Shown in pieces: positions 6,110 to 10,785 of a DNA stretch of 10,785 bases. The DNA is from Candidatus Bathyarchaeia archaeon. GTDB lineage: Archaea; Thermoproteota; Bathyarchaeia; Bathyarchaeales; Bathycorpusculaceae. The notes beneath the pieces were generated by a model. It worked only from the letters and a program-made list of their open reading frames with translations. It did no database searches and was not told the origin of the DNA. Made by a program: the position numbers and the translations under genes. The DNA is taken from contig JAVZLS010000026.1 in assembly GCA_038883715.1 (NCBI GenBank), forward strand, positions 1 through 10,785, written 5' to 3'. Position 1 is the stretch's first letter; each line of letters begins with the position of its first letter.

Positions 6110-6886
6110 TTGGCAACATTCTATGACCCAATTACGAGGCATATAGCCATAGAAAAACTGGTCACGCGTGCTGGTCCCGAGGGATTTGAGCGGAAGTATT
6201 ATCGCATAAGACCCGCAAGGTGGTACGGCGGCATAGTAACGGCTGACTGTGTCGGGTGCGGTTTGCTCTGCCGTTTCTGCTGGGTTTCAGACGCCGTTAT
6301 GAACCGCCCGTGCAATGTCGGCACATTTTACACGCCTGGAAAAGTTGCTGAAAGCCTAGTTTCTCTTGCCAAAAAATGTAAACTTGACTTGCTTAGGCTA
6401 AGCGGCGGAGAACCAACAATTGGAAAGCAGCACATGCTAGAGCTTCTCGAAAACCTTGACGGTAAAGGTTACCGTTTCATCCTTGAAACCAATGGCATTC
6501 CCATAGCCTATGACGGGGAATATGTGGAAAACCTTGCAAGATACAAATTTATACATGTGAGGGTCTCGCTTAAGGGTTGCAACGAAGAGGAATTTGCACT
6601 GCTTACCGGCGCCAAACCCGAGGGGTTCAAGTTGCAGCTTAAGGCGTTGGAAAAGCTGTTGGATGCAAGGGTGAGCTGTCACCCATCAGTTATGGCGTCT
6701 TTCTCTACCAAAAAGAGCCTACAATCTCTCATAAAGCGAATTGAACAGATTAGCCCAAAATTGGCTGAGGAAATAGAGATTGAAGAGCTGATTCTTTACC
6801 CGCATGTGGTTCAAAGGCTGCGAAATTACGGGCTAAAATATTATACGGGTTACGCTCCAGAAAGAGTGCCACCAGAACAGGTCTAA
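6110..6886 (+). CDS. Radical SAM protein, uncharacterised MoaA-related archaeal family (COG5014-like)
   Basis: CxxxCxxC within DCVGCGLLCRFCW, RLSGGEPT (GGE motif), FILETNG and VRVSLKG. The N-terminal RKYYR..RWYGGIVTAD is typical of this family. No SPASM/twitch cysteines. TTG start. Confidence 0.92.
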   Translation: MATFYDPITRHIAIEKLVTRAGPEGFERKYYRIRPARWYGGIVTADCVGCGLLCRFCWVSDAVMNRPCNVGTFYTPGKVAESLVSLAKKCKLDLLRLSGGEPTIGKQHMLELLENLDGKGYRFILETNGIPIAYDGEYVENLARYKFIHVRVSLKGCNEEEFALLTGAKPEGFKLQLKALEKLLDARVSCHPSVMASFSTKKSLQSLIKRIEQISPKLAEEIEIEELILYPHVVQRLRNYGLKYYTGYAPERVPPEQV

Positions 6887-6892
6887 AATGTG

Positions 6893-7243
6893 CTACTTTA
6901 TTAGTCCAGCGCGTCTTAAATAGTAGTTTTCCTCTTTTTTGGGTCCAAAGCTTCTGACGCCTTTCTCTTTCAGTTGTTTTCTAAGTTTTGCCGCGTATTC
7001 CTTGGTTATTTCGCCTCTTCGCTCCATGTAGGCTATTATTTCTTCTGCTTGCTCTGCTGTATCGCATCGGCGGAGAAAATCTATGACGTCTGGGTCGTAG
7101 TGGACAAAGTTTCTTGAAACAGCCCTCTCCCCCGACTTAACATCTGTTCTAACAGAGCTCACCGAGACTTTGTTTTCGCTGGATTCCATTTCCTTTGCAA
7201 GGTTTGGAAACAACCTTTTGAAGGTTTCCTTATCGAACTCCAA
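6893..7243 (-). CDS. DUF2095 family archaeal protein of unknown function
   Basis: FKRLFPNLAKEM and YDPDVIDFLRRCDT.EQAEEII.YMERRGEI...L...GVRSFG.KK...YY match the family as I recall it. TTG start; its own TATA-like TTTAAATA lies at 7289-7296 on the minus strand. Confidence 0.82.
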   Translation of the reverse strand: MEFDKETFKRLFPNLAKEMESSENKVSVSSVRTDVKSGERAVSRNFVHYDPDVIDFLRRCDTAEQAEEIIAYMERRGEITKEYAAKLRKQLKEKGVRSFGPKKEENYYLRRAGLIK

Positions 7244-7317
7244 TTGGACGCCTTCAAATTGCGCTAATTCAATATTTGGAGGTTCACATATTTAAACATC
7301 TAGCAGAAAAGCCATCT

Positions 7318-7938
7318 TCAGAATGGAACAAACCTTTTCGTGGGATTTTCCACGAGCAGTCTCTCAAGTTCTTGAATGCTCAGCCCAGTAATGGTGTCAC
7401 CGTATATTTCGCAGTTTTCCTTAACACCAATTTCCTCTATGTCTCGTACGGTTATTTCGGCTTTTTCACCGCTAGGCAATTCGACGAGTATGTGAAAAGA
7501 TTTCTTTGGTTTCCCCATTTTTGTTACCGCTGTACAACCAGACTCCAACACCTTAAATTTTCTTTCTAAAAGTTTTAGAATTTCATGGGGGTTGTTGTGG
7601 TATACGACTATATCTATGTCGCTTTCTCGGTAAATTGTCCCGCGCCAAACACTTCCAACAAGCACTGGACTGAACTTCTCCAATATTTTCATTAAGTTTA
7701 GGGCTTCCCTCCGCATTTTAACTAGACGCTCCGTTCTGGTGGCGCCTTCATTTTCCTCGGCTATTCTATCAAGCTCCATGGCAACTTCAAGGTTTGTCGG
7801 CAGAAAGTGAACGCCTAGAGTTTTCGCTGCCCTCAACTTCGCCTGCTTATACTCCTTCTCCAATCCAAGATAGAGGAGAGCGGCTGCTTCCCTCGCCACT
7901 TTTCTTCGCATGTTAGCATCGGCAGGTAAGAAGCCCAA
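7318..7938 (-). CDS. Pol-beta superfamily nucleotidyltransferase domain protein with an N-terminal helical domain
   Basis: LVGSVWRG....ESDIDIVV is the GS-x-DxD catalytic motif; a third acidic residue is plausible in KAEITV. Start is TTG 7938 (GGTGA just upstream) or ATG 7911. Begins 20 bp after the GT4 stop, so probably co-transcribed. Confidence 0.88.
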   Translation of the reverse strand: MGFLPADANMRRKVAREAAALLYLGLEKEYKQAKLRAAKTLGVHFLPTNLEVAMELDRIAEENEGATRTERLVKMRREALNLMKILEKFSPVLVGSVWRGTIYRESDIDIVVYHNNPHEILKLLERKFKVLESGCTAVTKMGKPKKSFHILVELPSGEKAEITVRDIEEIGVKENCEIYGDTITGLSIQELERLLVENPTKRFVPF

Positions 7939-7958
7939 AATTCACCAGTCTGCAGCGT

Positions 7959-9209
7959 TTAGCGTTTTATTACACGTTCATAAAGCTCAATTGTTTTTTC
8001 TGCTATCTTGTCCCATGTGAACTCGTTTAGAACTCGACGTCTCCCATTCTTTCCAAGCCATTTCCGCTTTTCCGGATTTTCTAAAGCGCTGACAACGCCC
8101 CAGGCTATGTCTGCCGGATTGTTCGGGTTTATATGATAGCCACACTGTTCCTCTCCGCATGGTATAACTATTTCTCTCATTCCGCTGACGCCTGCAGCCC
8201 CAACAACCACTGGTCGTTCCATGCTCATGGCTTCTAGGGCAACTATGCCGAAGGGTTCGTAAAGGCTTGGGAAAACTGCCACGTCGCAGGCAGCATAATG
8301 AAGGATGCGCTCCTCTTCTGGTATGAATTCGAAGTTGAATTTTACAACATCTTGAAGTTTCATCATCCTTACAAGGTTAACTAGGTAGTCCTGCAGGTCG
8401 CCCAAGCCGACGATGACGAGCTTCGCGTTTGGAATTTTCTGCAGTATGTGGGGCATAGCCATAACAAGCTTGTCAACGCCCTTGACGCCCACAAGCCTTC
8501 CAAGGAAGAGAATCATGGGGTCTTCCGGTTTTATGCCGTAAATCTCTCTAACTTGCCTTATCTGGTCTGGGCTTACGTTTTCTGGGTTATACTTTTGGGG
8601 GTCAACACCGTTATAGCAAACCTCAATTTTCTCCCGTGGAAAACCAAGCTTTATCAGCTCATCCTTCATGGCATATGAAACCGTAATGACAAGGTCTGCC
8701 GCTTGGGCTCCACGAAGCTCAATGTTGCTTACAACTTCTGAACCGTTTCCCAAGGTTCGTCCCTTCTCTGTTGAGTGAACATGGAAAACCAGTGGGAGAC
8801 CAGTTTCCTTCTTTATGGTTATTCCAGCTATGACTGAAAGCCAGTCGTGGGCGATCACAATGTCGTATTTGAAGCCTTCCTTCCCAATTAGTTCGTTGAC
8901 AAGTTTTGAGGCGCTAAGATAGTTGTAGACGAGGATTTTTGAGAAGAGCTGTATGCCCCTGCCCCACTTTTTAACGTCCTCAGCCACCACGTCAGGAAGA
9001 GAATCAGAAATGTCAATGTGTAATGGACGGTGGATTTCTATGCCTCGCCAAATCTCCCTTGTGGGTAGGCTTCCCTCATCATCATTCATGGTGAAAACCG
9101 TAACATCGTGGTCCATTAAAACAAATTTGCGCGTGATTTCAGCCGCATAAGTGCCTAAACCACCAACGATTTTCGGCGGATATTCATAGACAAGCACAGC
9201 CATTTTCAT
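7959..9209 (-). CDS. GT-B fold glycosyltransferase, family 4 (glycogen synthase/MshA-like retaining enzyme)
   Basis: YEYPPKIVGGLG, AHDW, HVHSTE.GR, FLGRLVGVKGVD and PSLYEPFGIVALEAM (EX7E motif). Start is ATG 9209 (MKMAVL) or TTG 9221. Confidence 0.93.
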   Translation of the reverse strand: MKMAVLVYEYPPKIVGGLGTYAAEITRKFVLMDHDVTVFTMNDDEGSLPTREIWRGIEIHRPLHIDISDSLPDVVAEDVKKWGRGIQLFSKILVYNYLSASKLVNELIGKEGFKYDIVIAHDWLSVIAGITIKKETGLPLVFHVHSTEKGRTLGNGSEVVSNIELRGAQAADLVITVSYAMKDELIKLGFPREKIEVCYNGVDPQKYNPENVSPDQIRQVREIYGIKPEDPMILFLGRLVGVKGVDKLVMAMPHILQKIPNAKLVIVGLGDLQDYLVNLVRMMKLQDVVKFNFEFIPEEERILHYAACDVAVFPSLYEPFGIVALEAMSMERPVVVGAAGVSGMREIVIPCGEEQCGYHINPNNPADIAWGVVSALENPEKRKWLGKNGRRRVLNEFTWDKIAEKTIELYERVIKR

Positions 9210-9357
9210 GGGGATTCCCAAATTTTGAAAGCGACAGTTGTAGGCTTAATGTAGCAAAAGGGTTCCTATTTACGTTTTCGGATAAAAAGCCAAAGTCAAA
9301 ATAGCGCCGTCTTGGTGGGATTAAAGGTTTATTAGCTGAAACCGACTAAAGGGCTGG

Positions 9358-10284
9358 ATGCGAGGAATAGCCTTGACCAAGAAAGGGTTTATCGAGGACA
9401 CTTATGCAGAAGCTTTTGAAGGAATATACTGCCGAGTTGTTGTTACGGCTGATGATGTAGAAACACTGCGAAAGGCGGCATTGCATGCCACTGCCACGCC
9501 ATCCATAGTCATCGGAAGAGTTGAAGGCGGAATTGAGAAGTGGCTGAGCGAAAGGGAAACTCCAGACAGACGGAAAGGCGTTGTTCTCCAGTTTTGGGGC
9601 GGGATAGACCCCAAAAGGCCTTTTTCGGAATCTCTCAAAAAGTTTGAGATTGAGCTTTCATATAGGATTAGGCAGGACGTTCTAGTTAAGCCTTTTACAG
9701 CGGTTTTTGATGCTTTGCCGAACGCTTTGGGCAAGATTGACATGATGGAGCGTGTTGGTCACTGTGGAGACGGTTACGAGTGGGTTGAAAGCCGTCATGG
9801 ACGCGAGGTCATAGTTGTTCCCATAATGGTTCCAGACTTCATAATAGAACGTTTTTTGGGATACTCCCGCGGCGTCATGGGCGCAAACTTCTGGATAATG
9901 TGCCAAACGAAAGAAGCCGTTATGGAGGCTGGAGCAAAGGCTTTGGAAGCCATCCATAAGGTGGAAGGTGTGGTTACGCCTTTCGGCATATGTTCTGCTG
10001 GTTCAAAACCTGAAACTCGCTATCCATGGATAGGACCGACAACAAATCATCCCTACTGTCCATCATTAAAGAAAAGGCTCGGAAAGGAGTCAAAAGTTCC
10101 AGAAGGCGTAAATTATATCCCAGAAATCGTAATTAACGGGGTTTCGCTTGAGGCTGTTAAAAAGGCTACGAAAGCCGGAATAGAAGCCGCCCTATCCGTA
10201 GAAGGAGTGGTGAAAATTTCAGCTGGAAATTATGGCGGGAAACTCGGCGATTACAAGATTTATTTGCGTGAGTTGTTCCCATGA
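9358..10284 (+). CDS. ftr: Formylmethanofuran:tetrahydromethanopterin formyltransferase family protein, probably the divergent Ftr-like paralogue
   Basis: [41 protein letters not shown] and [11 protein letters not shown]. An alternative start, TTG 9373, follows GAGGA. Several internal motifs differ from canonical Ftr, so the symbol denotes the family, not proven activity. Confidence 0.9.
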   Translation: MRGIALTKKGFIEDTYAEAFEGIYCRVVVTADDVETLRKAALHATATPSIVIGRVEGGIEKWLSERETPDRRKGVVLQFWGGIDPKRPFSESLKKFEIELSYRIRQDVLVKPFTAVFDALPNALGKIDMMERVGHCGDGYEWVESRHGREVIVVPIMVPDFIIERFLGYSRGVMGANFWIMCQTKEAVMEAGAKALEAIHKVEGVVTPFGICSAGSKPETRYPWIGPTTNHPYCPSLKKRLGKESKVPEGVNYIPEIVINGVSLEAVKKATKAGIEAALSVEGVVKISAGNYGGKLGDYKIYLRELFP

Positions 10285-10785
10285 AACGCTTTGACGTTAT
10301 AGGCTTCGGCGCCCTAAACGTGGATAAACTCTATAAGGTTAATAAGATAGCAGGACCAGAAGAGGAAGGCTTCATTAAAGGCTTTGAGGAGACTTGCGGA
10401 GGCTCAGCCGCCAATACCGTTGTTGGCTTAGCTCGGCTTGGCTGCACAGTGGGCTTTATTGGGAAGGTTGCCAACGACAGAGAAGGCAGAATGCTCCTAG
10501 AAGACTTCCGCAGAGAAGACGTAAATACAAAGGGCATTATAAGGGCAAAGGAGGGACGCAGCGGAACAGTCATGGGCTTCGTAGACGAAAGAGGCGAGAG
10601 AGCCCTATACGTAGACCCTGGCGTAAACGACACCATAAGCTTTGAAGAAGTAGATAAGGGGTATGCCAGTCAAGCGAAATTCCTTCATTTAACCTCTTTT
10701 GTGGGCGAGAAATCCTTTGAAACCCAGAAAAAGCTTGTGGAAACCCTGCCAGAAGATGTTAAAATAAGCATGGACCCGGGCGAAC
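10281..10785 (+). CDS. PfkB/ribokinase-family carbohydrate or nucleoside kinase, N-terminal part (runs off the right edge)
   Basis: Not in the ORF track; translated by hand: [20 protein letters not shown]...[31 protein letters not shown]...[14 protein letters not shown]...SMDPG. GGSAAN..GLARLG..FIGKV.D is PfkB signature 1. The ATG overlaps the Ftr-like TGA (ATGA at 10281-10284). Confidence 0.95.
   Translation, partial: MKRFDVIGFGALNVDKLYKVNKIAGPEEEGFIKGFEETCGGSAANTVVGLARLGCTVGFIGKVANDREGRMLLEDFRREDVNTKGIIRAKEGRSGTVMGFVDERGERALYVDPGVNDTISFEEVDKGYASQAKFLHLTSFVGEKSFETQKKLVETLPEDVKISMDPGE

Noticed and set aside
6036-6131. 32-aa N-terminal extension of the SRA ORF given in the track
   Set aside because: It overlaps the radical SAM start and runs through the AT-rich promoter; SRA-like sequence starts only at MLLKFGD.
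3753-7260. Identical 10-mer CCTTCAAATT upstream of both the ferredoxin (3753-3762) and DUF2095 (7251-7260) genes
   Set aside because: One shared AT-rich 10-mer is expected by chance in about 10 kb, and its distance to the start codon differs between the two genes.
6893-7938. Nucleotidyltransferase plus DUF2095 as an MNT-HEPN toxin-antitoxin pair (RNFVHY resembles the HEPN motif)
   Set aside because: The spacing is R-x3-H, not R-x4-6-H; the motif lies in a linker before the DUF2095 core; and the small gene has its own TATA-like element.
10331-10645. ORFs 10331..10636 (-) and the Arg-rich 10394..10645 (+)
   Set aside because: They are alternative frames of the PfkB kinase gene starting at 10281. 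The Arg-richness is a frame artefact, not a protamine-like protein.
1-10785. CRISPR array, tRNA/rRNA, IS element or integrase, and the remaining antisense ORFs in the track
   Set aside because: No periodic nucleotide repeats, cloverleaf-compatible gap, terminal inverted repeats or recombinase motifs were seen. All intergenic gaps are under about 150 bp, and the other listed ORFs lie within better-supported genes.

Overview
Gene-dense archaeal chromosomal window, probably from a TACK lineage such as Bathyarchaeia (inferred from gene content, TATA-like promoters and frequent TTG starts; not provable from the sequence). It holds 12 credible protein genes: a partial purB, a HAD hydrolase, a class I SAM methyltransferase, an asparagine-synthetase-like protein with a degenerate glutaminase domain, a 2[4Fe-4S] ferredoxin, a 567-aa type I membrane glycoprotein, a stand-alone SRA/YDG-domain protein, a radical SAM protein, a DUF2095 protein, a Pol-beta-type nucleotidyltransferase, a GT4 glycosyltransferase and a divergent Ftr-like formyltransferase. 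A thirteenth, partial PfkB kinase gene overlaps the Ftr-like stop codon. purB and the kinase run off the window edges and are missing from the supplied ORF track. The best signal is the membrane protein, which carries collinear Ribophorin I (RPN1/Ost1) motifs, a eukaryote-type oligosaccharyltransferase accessory subunit, plus a 70-aa tandem-repeat cytoplasmic tail. Next are the nuclease-free SRA reader and the Ftr-paralogue/PfkB pair. I saw no rRNA, tRNA, CRISPR array or transposase. All family assignments come from motif recognition, not database searches.
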